Below, in pieces: positions 1 to 9,905 of a stretch of DNA of 32,139 nucleotides. The first letter of the stretch is position 1; every line of letters begins with the position of its first letter. The stretch covers positions 1-32,139 of the forward strand of contig NW_021832355.1 of NCBI RefSeq assembly GCF_006345805.1, read 5' to 3'. The notes beneath the pieces are model-generated. The model worked only from the letters and a program-made list of their open reading frames with translations. It was not told the origin of the DNA and did not search any database. Made by a program: the position numbers and the translations under genes. Source of the stretch: Octopus sinensis (lineage: Eukaryota).

Positions 1-127
1 TTCCGTCTACCAAGTCCACTCACAAGGCTTTGGTTAGCCTAAGGCTATAGCAGAAGACACTTGCCCAAGGTGCCACGCAGTGGGACTGAACCGGGAAGCA
101 TGCTTCTTACCACACAGCCACTCCTGT
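1..127 (-). mobile_element. SINE-A (tRNA-derived, working name), 5' part, runs off window start
   Basis: Reverse complement matches the family head seen at 18241 and 22121 (TGGCTGTGTGGTAAG...GGTTCAGTCCCACTGCGTGGCACCTTGGGCAAGTGTCTTC). Confidence 0.85.
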
Positions 128-519
128 TTCAGCAGGTGAAACAGGATCTTCGTAGCATTTTTCTTTCTCCGCCGTAATTTCTGGAAAACAATTGATATAG
201 GCGCCAGAAAGAAAAGTGATGTAATTTAATGCTGTAAAGTGTTTTGTTCGAGCTGCTATTGACTCTACTGTACACTAGAAAATTGTTAGAATCACCAAAA
301 ATGCAAAAGAAAAGAAACTGTATGACGATATCCAAGATTCAATACCTAAAACACACAATGATATTACATTGATAGATTACAAAGAGGAACAAAGTTACAG
401 AACATAATACAGTAAATTAAACCATAACAATACGTTAGAGTATAGCATAACCCCGGAAGAATATATGTTATCCTAGATTGTCTCTATTTGCGCGATTACA
501 ACTTCCTCTAAAACTAAAT

Positions 520-712
520 ATAATTCTTTCTCATATTGGCACAAGGTCAGCAATTTTGAAGGGACGACAAGTAGATTACATCTACTCTAGCGCTAAAAGG
601 GTACTTATTTTATTCACACCGAAAGGATAGAAGGCAAAGTCGACCTCCGCAGCATTTGAACTCAGATCGTAAGAAGCAGAAAAAAATGCCGCTGAGCATT
701 TTGCACGGCACC
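520..712 (-). mobile_element. SINE-B (tRNA-derived, working name), degenerate
   Basis: Contains CCGAAAGGATAGAAGGCAAAGTCGACCTC...ATTTGAACTCAG, the reverse complement of the SINE-B core and B box. Confidence 0.75.
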
Positions 713-1582
713 ATAAAGATTATAGAAATATATGCGTACAATAAAGCAATTTCCCAGAACAATAAACTAAACTAGATCTTTTATGCAATTGCTACAATTA
801 TTTCCAGAGGAAAACGGATGCAAGTTACAAAATATAAACTGAAATACAAAAACAACAAAACCCAGAGGTTCAAAATAGAAGGGCAACATAAAACAAAAGA
901 TAAAAGAGTAAAATAAAACATGTTTCTATTTGTAATGAAATCACGAGAGGCCATATAAAAGTAAGCTCAAGAATACAACACCAGATATTTGTTTGATTCG
1001 ATATAACACTAAAAGAAATTCTACAGACAGCAGAGAAGCTTAAGGAAAATATCTGAACTCAAAAAAAACAGAACATGAAAAGATTTACAAAATGCCAACT
1101 TTTCTGTGATCAAAACAATCTGTTCGGCATCCATTATAATAAAGAAAAATGCCATCAGGAATTAAATAAAACAAAAGCAAAAAAAATCTGGAATAACTGA
1201 CATACCAAATGGAGAAGAGACAGAAAGTTGGAACAATTTGGGGTGATAAAATTCAAACATCATAAGATAAAAGAGTGTAGAATGAGTGCAGAAAATTTCC
1301 AAATTGACAGGTAAGGTAGACAGACGTAAAGTAGAAGCCACTGAGCCATTCTAGTCAACTATAATCAACTAGAAAAAAAAAACTTTTCATGTGGATATAT
1401 TACCAAACTTCTGCTTCCAATATTCAATACATAAACATTTGCAAATATGCTTAGTGCCGTCATTAAAAGATCAGAAATTTCTGAGCCTATACCGAAACCT
1501 GAAAATACAAGAAACATTCCAGATTACAGACCAATTTCTCTGTCTGTCACTGACATATGAGAATTTCGCATCGCGGGATACC

Positions 1583-1770
1583 CTACGCGGCCGCTAGACC
1601 TACTAGAAATTGCAGTCAAATTTCCTACTATCTTATAAAAAGGAGTGACACATTGTGAAATATAGTCTTAAATATACTACCTGAAATAAAGGCGTAGTAG
1701 TCATGATTAAAATGCTGCTAACCATAAATTTTATTTCTCAGAATCTTCCTGGGGTTAAAAAGCAACAATC
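1583..1770 (+). repeat. Degenerate interspersed repeat with short CAA-like tail (family also at 12540-12760 and 27900-28050)
   Basis: Shares CTAGAAAT(A/T)GCA and a ...GGGG(C/T)TAAA..CAACAA-type end with two minus-strand copies; similarity judged by eye only. Confidence 0.4.
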
Positions 1771-1781
1771 ATTTTTAAATA

Positions 1782-1939
1782 GTGTGTGGTAAGTTGCTTG
1801 CCTACGAACCACATGGTTCCGGGTTCAGTCCCATTACGTGGTACTTTGGGCAAGTGTCTTCTACTATAGCCGCGGGCCGGCCAAAGCCTTGTGAGTGGAT
1901 TTGGTAGACGGAAACTGAAAGAAGCCCGTCGTATGTATG

Positions 1940-1986
<47 letters not shown>

Positions 1987-2203
1987 ATATATATACGTTT
2001 GTGTGTCTGTGTCTGTCCCCCCAACATCGCTTGACAACCGATGCTGGTGTGTTTACGCCCCTGTCACTTAGCGGTTCGGCAAAAGAGACCGATAAAATAA
2101 GTACTAGGCTTACAAAGAATAAGTCCTGGGGTCGATTTGCTCGAAAGGCGGTGCTCCAGCGTGGCCACAGTCAAATCACTGAAACAAATAAAAGAGTAAA
2201 GAG
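1782..2203 (+). mobile_element. SINE-A, near full length, internal (TA)n/(TG)n
   Basis: GTGTGGTAAG A-box remnant, GGTTCAGTCCC B box, central microsatellite, conserved 3' half ending in AAAAGAGTAAAGAG. Confidence 0.9.
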
Positions 2204-2302
2204 ATAGTAAGGAGTTTAAGCACACTTCAGAAGGAGAACAGTATCTTACAAAAGGGATTCAAACTAAGTGATTATGACTTTAATATATTCTACAAATGAT
2301 TA

Positions 2303-2522
2303 GGGCAGCGAGCTGGTAGAATCGTTAGCACGCAGGGCAAAATGCTTAGCTGTATTTCACCCGTCTTTACGTTCTGAGTTCAGATTCCGCCGAGGTCAAC
2401 TTTGCCTTTCATCTTTTCGAGGTCGATAAATTAAGTGTCAGCTGAGCACTGGTGTCGATGTTGTCGACTCCTCCCCTCCCTCCCCCAAACTCGCTGGCCT
2501 TGTGATAAACTTTGAAACCAAA
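2303..2522 (+). mobile_element. SINE-B
   Basis: GCGAGCTGGTAGAATCGTTAGC head, GAGTTCAGATTCC B box, GTCAACTTTGCCTTTCATC...GGTCGATAAATTAAG core. Confidence 0.85.
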
Positions 2523-3562
2523 ATTGTGCAAGTGATAAATGAATTCATAGCTGAAACTAACAGTTAGAAGGTGAATAGCTTGAACATAGAGTAGTTGAAA
2601 CATAGAACAAAGTTTAACAGAGGAGCCCCACGACAAATGCTAACCACGAGAAAGATAGCTTCAGAGATAATTATATACACCATGACAACATAGAGAAAAA
2701 CGACGCGCCTTTCAAGATAGGGGATTTGGATAAAAACTCAAGAAATCCTCATCAATAGATGAATATTCCGAGAAGCCTTCCTTACAAAATTGCTCTTCTG
2801 CTTAGCCTTAATATCTGTGACTAATAGTGGATAAAACTGTCAGAGGTTGTCGTAAATCATATTTTATACATGGATGACTTAAAACTGTTCGCCGAAGACG
2901 ATAACCAGTTGGACAACTTATTAAAAATAGTGCAGGATTTTATTGGGATATTATCTGTATGAAAATGCGAGTAGAGAAATTGGCAAAGGTTAAGGAAGCA
3001 CATAATATACAGTGTACAGTTTGATAAAGATATTGACATTAAAGAATTAAAACAAGGACAAGCCTATAGAATATAACACGAAGTAAATGTTATTCCGAAA
3101 TGAAAGGGAATATCAAGCAAGGGTATTACTGACGTATAAGTCTCGGGGGGACATAAATTATAAGAATAAAGGAACAAGAATGAATACATCAGCCATACTA
3201 GTATTAGTTATAGTTTTAAAGTAATAAATTCGATGGTAAACAAACCAAGAAGAGTAGAAAAGAATAAAGAATAATGATTATGTTTAGAATACACAGCGTT
3301 CAGAAGCAGATACTGACAGCTTATATCGGCTACGGTTAGAAAATGGGAAAGGTTTCGTAGAATTAGTAAATCGCTTTATGACAGCTAATGTTTGTTTACA
3401 TAAATATGTAGCAGAAAATAGATGTGGATACAAATAGTTAAGGAACAAGAAAATTGTTTTCTGTCTTTAAGGAAGGCGGACGAATATAACAACGAGATGG
3501 AGTAAGAAGAAAGCGAAGAAAAATAGGTAAATATTTAAGAAAATACAAGATTCTGGGAGTAT

Positions 3563-3605
<43 letters not shown>

Positions 3606-3606
3606 G

Positions 3607-3684
<78 letters not shown>
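3563..3684 (+). repeat. (GATA)n microsatellite
   Basis: Directly visible tetranucleotide array. Confidence 0.98.
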
Positions 3685-3686
3685 TC

Positions 3687-3890
3687 ATATACATATGAGA
3701 GGGATGACCACTATGTGGACAACCCTTATGCTAGAAGTAGATCCGCTATTGTCTTACCACTAAGAAATGTTTTCAAGAAAAATTTAGCAAAAACATTTTC
3801 TTGAGAACATTTCTTAGTGGTAAGATCATAGCGGATCTACTTCTAGCATAATGGTTGTCTACATAGTGGTCATCCCTCTCATATGTATAT
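3687..3890. mobile_element. Foldback/MITE-like palindrome (95-bp arms, 14-bp spacer)
   Basis: 3687-3781 is the reverse complement of 3796-3890 with 5 mismatches; the termini read TA-CATATGAGAGGG...CCCTCTCATATG-TA. Confidence 0.75.
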
Positions 3891-3998
3891 AATACAATTT
3901 ACTGAACTTTCAGATTTTAATATGCTAGAGCGGTGGTGTTAAATTGATGTTAATTAAATTAATATCCAATTTCTCACCCTCATTTTAAATTTTAAATT

Positions 3999-4053
<55 letters not shown>

Positions 4054-4070
4054 GTAGGTAAGTAGGTAGG

Positions 4071-4146
<76 letters not shown>
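3999..4146 (+). repeat. (GATA)n/(GGTA)n microsatellite
   Basis: Directly visible. Confidence 0.98.
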
Positions 4147-4147
<1 letters not shown>

Positions 4148-4251
4148 TATTGACGGCGCGTGTGTCAGTTATATTCGGCTCATGATCATAACGTCATGAG
4201 TTCAATTTGTAGAGAAAGGTACTTCATGAGTATTAGTCGAATACTGGTGCA

Positions 4252-4254
<3 letters not shown>

Positions 4255-4302
<48 letters not shown>
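4255..4302 (+). repeat. (CT)n microsatellite
   Basis: Directly visible. Confidence 0.98.
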
Positions 4303-4306
<4 letters not shown>

Positions 4307-4461
4307 ACTCTGAACTAGCTGTCACATCCTGGTTGTGCCATTGGGCCAAAGGTTGGGGGAGTCGAGATCTACAAGGGCATCTAAAATAATTAGAGAATGT
4401 ATGATACATATTAGCAACCTATAGCCGTTCGCGGGTGACGGTCATTATTTTTTATACATAT

Positions 4462-4608
4462 GTAGGCGCAGTCATGGCTGTATGGTAAGAAGTTTGGTTT
4501 CGGATCCAGGCCCACTGAATGGAGCTTTGCGCAAGTAACTTCTACTGTAGCCTCAACCGACCGAGGATTTCTGTGTCGATTTGATAGTCGGAAACTAAAA
4601 AACGTCCG

Positions 4609-4661
<53 letters not shown>

Positions 4662-4735
4662 GGTGTGTGTGTGTGTGCGTGCGCGCGTGCGTGCGTGTGT
4701 GTGTGTGTGTGTGCATGTGCGTGTGTGTGTATGTG
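4462..4735 (+). mobile_element. SINE-A 5' half ending in (TG)n
   Basis: GTAGGCGCAG..TGGCTGTATGGTAAG head and family body, running up to the central microsatellite; the 3' half is absent. Confidence 0.8.
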
Positions 4736-4766
4736 TAGACATTTGAAATGGTATTGATGAGTAAAG

Positions 4767-5002
4767 GCAGCGAGCTGGCAGAATCGTTAGCACATCGGGC
4801 GAAATGCTTAGCAGTATTTCGGCTGCCGTTACGTTGTGAGTTCAAATTCCGCCGATGTCGACTTTGCCTTTCATACTTTTGGGGTCGATAAATTAAGTAC
4901 CAGTTACGCACTGGGGTCGATATAATCGACTCAATACCTATGTCTGTCCATGTTTGACCCCTCTATGTTTAGCCCCTTGTGGGTAATAAAGAAATAGGTA
5001 TT
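4767..5002 (+). mobile_element. SINE-B, subtype ending ...GTGGGTAATAAAGAAATA, with TSD
   Basis: Full head and core; flanked by the direct repeat GGTATTGATGAGTAAAG (4750-4766 and 4997-5013). Confidence 0.9.
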
Positions 5003-5522
5003 GATGAGTAAAGAGGATATTTGATTGTCCAACATCTCACTAACAGCAAAAAAGAACCCATGTGACAACCAAAAATTACCAGCATTGGCTCCGAAAATCA
5101 GATTCAAAATTTCAGAGCGAAGGCCTATGCAAGCAGCATTTGATCAATATTTAACCACTGAGACCTTCTTGAAACCAAAGAGGTCGGCCGATTAGTGGAA
5201 CTGTTAGAGTAATGGAAATGGGTTTTCTAATGTTTCTTCGGTTTTGTTTTTTTAAATTTGCGCTCTTGCATGGCAAACGAATTAAAACCACCGTCACATC
5301 ATTGGACGTCTTTAATGAAACCTATTCTGTGACAAGCATTCGGGACAGATTTGCGATTTGAGGATTAGTTTTTACCTGAATGGGAGGTTCGCTAGAAATA
5401 GAGGTTTATGGCTATTTTCTCCTTGATTATGTTTTTTTTAAATTTCTATTGAGCCCAAGGACTGATTAGGTCCGTACCTGGTTTCCATGGTATATACAAA
5501 TGACCAAAACACTCCACCAGAA

Positions 5523-5940
5523 CCTATTTCTTTATTACCCACAAGGGGCTAAACACAGAGGGGACAAACAAGGACAGACATAGGTATTAAGTCGATTACA
5601 TCGACCCCAGTGCGTAACTGGTACTTAATTTATCGACCCCGAAAGGATGAAAGGCAAAGTCGACCTCGGCGGAATTTGAACTCAGAACGTAGCGGCAGAC
5701 GAAATACCTATTTCTTTATTACCCACAAGGGGCTAAACATAGAGGGGACAAACAAGGACAGACATAGGTATTAAGTCGATTACATCGACCCCAGTGCGTA
5801 ACTGGTACTTAATTTATCGACCCCGAAAGGATGAAAGGCAAAGTCGACCTCGGCGGAATTTGAACTCAGAACGTAACGGCAGACGAAATACCGCTAAGCA
5901 TTTCGCCCGGCGTGCTAACGTTTCTGCCAGCTCGCCGCCT
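5523..5940 (-). mobile_element. SINE-B dimer (one head plus two ~185-bp bodies)
   Basis: Two near-identical units, 5523-5708 and 5709-5892, joined at GAAATACC/TATTTC; a single A-box head at ~5893-5940; TSD CTCCACCAGAA at 5512-5522 and 5950-5960. Confidence 0.9.
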
Positions 5941-6080
5941 TTCTGCCAGCTCCACCAGAATGGGACGCTGCAGGGTCCGTCGCAGGGTCCATTACAGTGT
6001 TCAAGGCCAGTATTTTTAAATAGTAGGGACAAGTCGATTACATTGACCCCAGTAGTTGGTTGGTACTTTATTATATATAT

Positions 6081-6305
6081 GAGCTGGCAGAAACGTTAGC
6101 ATGACGGGCGAAATGCTTAGCGGTATTTCGTCTGCCGTTACGTTCTGAGTTCAAATTCCGCCGAGGTCGACTTTGCCTTTCATCCATTCGGGGTCGATAA
6201 ATTAAGTACCAGTTACGCACTGGGGTCGATGTAATCGACGTAAACCGTTTGTCTGTTCTTATTTGTCCTCTCCATGTTTAGCCCCTTGTGGGCAATAAAG
6301 AAATA
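6081..6305 (+). mobile_element. SINE-B monomer
   Basis: GAGCTGGCAGAAACGTTAGC...GAGTTCAAATTCCGCCGAGGTCGAC...GTGGGCAATAAAGAAATA, followed by (TA)n. Confidence 0.9.
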
Positions 6306-6332
6306 ATATATATATATATATATATATATACT

Positions 6333-6548
6333 AGGTGATCATGTGACAGACCAGGCTATCAATTGTTACATATCGCTGGTCACAATGCGTTTGATGCCAC
6401 CCCTCCCCGCCCACTAATCGAAAGGAGACTGGAGCAATGTGAAATGTAGTATTTAGCTGAAGGATAAAACATGCCGCCCGGTCAGGGAATCGAACCCACG
6501 ATGTAGCGATCGTGAGTGCAACAGCCTAACCAACAGGCCATGCGCCTT
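6333..6548 (-). mobile_element. SINE-D (tRNA head plus CORE-like segment)
   Basis: Reverse complement reads GAAGGCGCATGGCCTGTTGGTTAGG...GGGTTCGATTCCCTGACCGGGC...TTTCACATTGCTCCAG. Confidence 0.7.
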
Positions 6549-6554
6549 CACATA

Positions 6555-6720
6555 TATACACACACACACCCACACGCACACACACAAACGCACACACATA
6601 CGCACACGCGCACACATACGCACACGCGCACACACACACACACGCGCGTATGTATGCAGATGTGTGTGCGCACGCTTCGAGAGCTCTATATGTGTATGTG
6701 TAAACGTGTGTATGCATAGA
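6555..6720 (+). repeat. Degenerate (CA)n/(TG)n tract
   Basis: Directly visible. Confidence 0.9.
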
Positions 6721-7154
6721 TACATATGTGTACGTGAATTAGCTTTTGTGATTACAGTATGACTAATGTACATTTTCTAAACATTTTCGTCTACTTTTCT
6801 AAGTTATTAACTTTCATGTCTTGTGTGACCTCTGCCTCTAATGCTCTACCTTTCACAATAATAACAACAACAACAACAACAATAATAATAATAATAATAA
6901 TAATATTAATGGTTGCTTTTTTTTTTCATATTCATCAAGGGACGATGGATGGTAGCGGTGCATTACTAGAACAGATTAACAAAGTCAAGCAATGTCCAAA
7001 ACCAGTCGATAATCCACCAATGTTAAGCCAACTGGAAAATTTGGCTGAATGCCTTGGTCGATTCTATATTGAGATCTCTTGTGAGAAACTACCAAATATT
7101 GATCGCACTTCTCAATTTAAAAAATTGTTGTTGTTGTTGCTGTTGTTAAAAGCA

Positions 7155-7159
<5 letters not shown>

Positions 7160-7231
<72 letters not shown>
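7160..7231 (+). repeat. (GTA)n microsatellite
   Basis: Directly visible; accounts for the poly-Val ORF. Confidence 0.98.
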
Positions 7232-7232
<1 letters not shown>

Positions 7233-7233
7233 A

Positions 7234-7422
7234 GACGGCGAGATGGCAGAATCGTTAGCACGCCGTTCTGAGTTCAAATTCCGACGATGTCGACTTTGCC
7301 TTTCATCCTTTCGAGGCTCGATGGAATATGTACCAGTTGCGCACTGGACTCGATGGAATCGAGTTACCCCCTCTCCCCAAATTTCAGACCTTGTGCCTAT
7401 AGTAGAAAGGGCTATTATTATT
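7234..7422 (+). mobile_element. SINE-B, internally deleted, ATT tail
   Basis: GGCGAGATGGCAGAATCGTTAGCACGCCG fused directly to TTCTGAGTTCAAATTCC; 3' end CTTGTGCCTATAGTAGAAAGGG followed by ATTATTATT. Confidence 0.85.
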
Positions 7423-7450
7423 CGCCCTAGCGGAAAATGAAGGAAATCAC

Positions 7451-7514
<64 letters not shown>
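7451..7514 (+). repeat. (ATT)n array, 3' flank of the R4/Dong element
   Basis: Directly visible. Confidence 0.98.
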
Positions 7515-7517
<3 letters not shown>

Positions 7518-9647
7518 TAGTTTTATTTTTATAGCGTGCTTTCACTTCACTACCGAGCGCAGCTCTGTGTGCCTTGGGTATGTGCTGTGATTTGTTGTGA
7601 TGCTCTGATGGTTATTGTATGGAAAGTGTTCTGCGTAGGATGTGTGCAGTGCCTAGTAGTGCAATTTTCTGTATGTTATATGTGTTTGTAAGTTCTGGTG
7701 TTTTTGTTATGTATTTGTCTGAATATTTTTTATCATGTCTAATGCACCTACTATGATAGGAATTGTTTCTGTTTTCAGGTTCCACATTCTAGTTACCTCT
7801 ATTTCCAGGTCTTTGTATTTTGAGAGTTTCTCCATTTCTTTTAGAGACACGTTGTCATCTGCCGGTATTGATACATCAATTAGAAAGCATTTTTTTTCTT
7901 CATGATCTCTGACAACTATATCTGGTCTGTTGGCCTTAATTTCTCTATCTGTGTGTATCGGCATATCCCACAGTATGGTTGCTTTCTCGTTTTCTGTGAC
8001 CTTTTCTGATGTGTGCCTATACCATCTTTTTTCTGTTGTTATTCCATAATGTTGGCATAGCTTCCAATGTATGTAGGTTCCAACTCTGTCATGTCTGTAA
8101 ATATATTCCTTCTTAGCCAGGACTGGGCAGCTAGAGATAATATGATTTATTGTTTCTTGTCCATCTCCACATATTCTGCAGTTACTTGTAATATTTCTTT
8201 TCATTACATGTTTTTGGTAATTTCTGGTGGGGAGGCTTTGGTCTTGTGCTGCAATTAAAAATCCCTCTGTTTCTGCTTTGAGTCCTGAGCTTCTCAACCA
8301 TTGCTGGGATTTTTCTTTGTCTATTTCTTTTTCGTTTAGTTTAGTGCAGTATTTACCATGAAGGGGCTTTTCTTGCCATCGTTTTATCAATGCTCGTTGC
8401 TGTTCTATTTTTAGTTTGGATTTCATTTGTTTTATAGCTTTTGTTGTTTCTTCATCATCTTCTTCTTCTTCTTTGTGTTTATTAGGTGGTATTATTTCTT
8501 GTTTGTATTTGTCAGCTTCCTTAAATACTGAGAACAGTTTTTTGTTTTGCTCGTGTTTTGCTGCTATCTGGATCAGTTTTCCTTCCTTCTGAAGTAGGTA
8601 TTTTTGCAGTGCTATGGTGGTTATTTTATAGTAGTTTTCCAGCTGTATAAGGCCTCTACCACCTTCTAACGTTGTATATATAGTCTTTCTATGTCAGATT
8701 TTGGGTGATGCATCCTAGATCCTGTCAGTATTTTTCTTGTTTTCCTATCTATTTTGGACAGTTCATTTCGTGTCCAGTTAAGGATATTGTAGCTGTAACT
8801 TATAACTGGGACAGCTAAAGTGTTGATACCTATTATCTTGTTTTTAGCATTGAGCTCTGTTTTTAGTATTGATCTAACTCGTCTATAATATTCTTTTTTT
8901 ATTTTCTCTTTCATTTGTGTGTGTTGTGTCTTATCTAGTTCATGGATTCCTAAGTATTTGTAAGTTTGGCTTTGGTCTAATTCTTTTATTTCATTGGTTT
9001 TATCTAGTGTGATGTTGTTACTCTTAACTAGTTTTCCTCTTTTCATGGTTACTTTGGCGCATTTTTCTAATCCAAATTTCATATCTATTTCTTTGGTAAA
9101 TCCATGAACTGTCTTTAATAGTGTTTCCAGCTGTTTGTCATTTGCAGCGTATAGTTTTAGGTCATCCATATATAAAAGGTGGCTGATCGTTTTGCCGTAA
9201 CATTTATATCCGCATCCAGTTCTATTTAGCATATCAGATAGAGGTGACAGTGCCAAGCAGAAAAGGAGTGGAGAGAGCGTGTCTCCCTGGAATATTCCTC
9301 TTCTAATGGGGATGTCTTTGGTTTTCATGAGTCCCTCTTTTGTTTGGAGGTGTAGGACTGTTTGCCATTTATTCATAGAGTGCTCTATGAATTTTATGAT
9401 TGTTGGTGCTACTTTGTTAATGGCTAGTGTTTCGAGGATCCATGTGTGGGGGATGCTATCAAACGCCTTTTTGTAGTCAATCCAGGCCATACTGAGGCCT
9501 TTCTTCTTTCTGTGGCTGTCTTCAGTTACGGCTTTATTAATCATTAGTTGATCTTTACAGCCATATGAGCCCTTGCGGCATCCTTTCTGCTCTTCTGGGA
9601 ACAGTTTGTTTTCGTCCAGGTGCTTGTTCAGCCTTTGCGATATCTTA
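7515..9647 (-). mobile_element. R4/Dong-clade non-LTR retrotransposon, 5'-truncated (RT + CCHC zinc knuckle + restriction-like endonuclease)
   Basis: RT motifs EQKGCR, WIDYKKAFDSIPH, RGIFQGDTLSPLLF, LLYMDDLKLYA, YKYLG; then CRICGDGQETINHIISSC, RHD, RPDIVV...LIDVSIP...EKLSKY, and C-terminal IQKIALLGTAHILRRTLSIQ* (stop at 7612-7614). About 680 codons, broken only by two 1-nt deletions (~8668 and the T6 run at 7726-7731). A ~100-bp 3' UTR abuts (TAA)n. Confidence 0.93.
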
Positions 9648-9695
9648 GCCTTTGCGATATCTCAGCCTTTGCGATATCTTAGCCTTTGCGATATC

Positions 9696-9698
<3 letters not shown>
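9631..9698 (+). repeat. Four copies of the 17-mer GCCTTTGCGATATCT(T/C)A at the element's 5' junction
   Basis: Units at 9631-9647, 9648-9664, 9665-9681 and 9682-9698. Confidence 0.97.
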
Positions 9699-9771
<73 letters not shown>

Positions 9772-9781
9772 TATTATTATT
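9697..9781 (+). repeat. (ATT)n array, 5' flank of the R4/Dong element
   Basis: Directly visible; source of the poly-Leu and poly-Ile ORFs. Confidence 0.98.
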
Positions 9782-9784
9782 ACT

Positions 9785-9905
9785 CGCCGAGCGAAATGCT
9801 TCGTGGTATTTCATCTGCGATTACGTTCTGAGTTTAAATTCCGCCGAGGTCGACTTTGCATTTCATCTTTTCGGGGTCGATAAAATAACCACCAGTTGAA
9901 CACTG
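9785..9905 (+). mobile_element. SINE-B fragment
   Basis: GCGAAATGCTT...TTCCGCCGAGGTCGACTTTGCATTTCATC...GGGGTCGATAAAATAA. Confidence 0.8.

Larger units (their letters stand above)
1390..3520 (+). pseudogene. Ancient R4/Dong-like non-LTR RT fossil, split by later SINE insertions
   Basis: Collinear RT motifs across several frames: PNFCFQYSIHKHL (~1400), PKPENTRNIPDYRPISL (~1490-1545), LQKENSILQKG (~2230), IKTQEILINR*IFREAFLTKLLFCLAL (~2735-2810), NHILYMDDLKLFAEDDNQLDNLLKIVQDF (2855-2941; YMDD 2867-2878) and ADTDSLYRLRLENGKGFVEL (~3305-3365). These align by eye to the young element at 7515-9647. Confidence 0.75.

Noticed and set aside
180-1390. A-rich stretch possibly encoding the N-terminal half of the Dong-like fossil
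   Set aside because: Position and composition fit, but I could not read convincing motifs, so it is excluded from the feature coordinates.
4411-4911. 166-aa and similar ORFs beginning MRNWYLIYRP (also 5794, 17100 and others)
   Set aside because: Antisense read-through of SINE-B/SINE-A plus microsatellites; they recur wherever the SINE occurs.
5523-5892. Regularly spaced repeats suggestive of a CRISPR array (also 9631-9698)
   Set aside because: Eukaryotic context, no unique spacers and no cas genes; these are plain tandem units.
6759-7271. 170-aa ORF with a complex middle (MDGSGALLEQINKVKQCPKP...)
   Set aside because: Its length comes from (ACA)n, (ATA)n, (TTG)n and (GTA)n tracts plus a SINE head. 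The ~60-aa middle has no recognisable motif and no strong splice donor.
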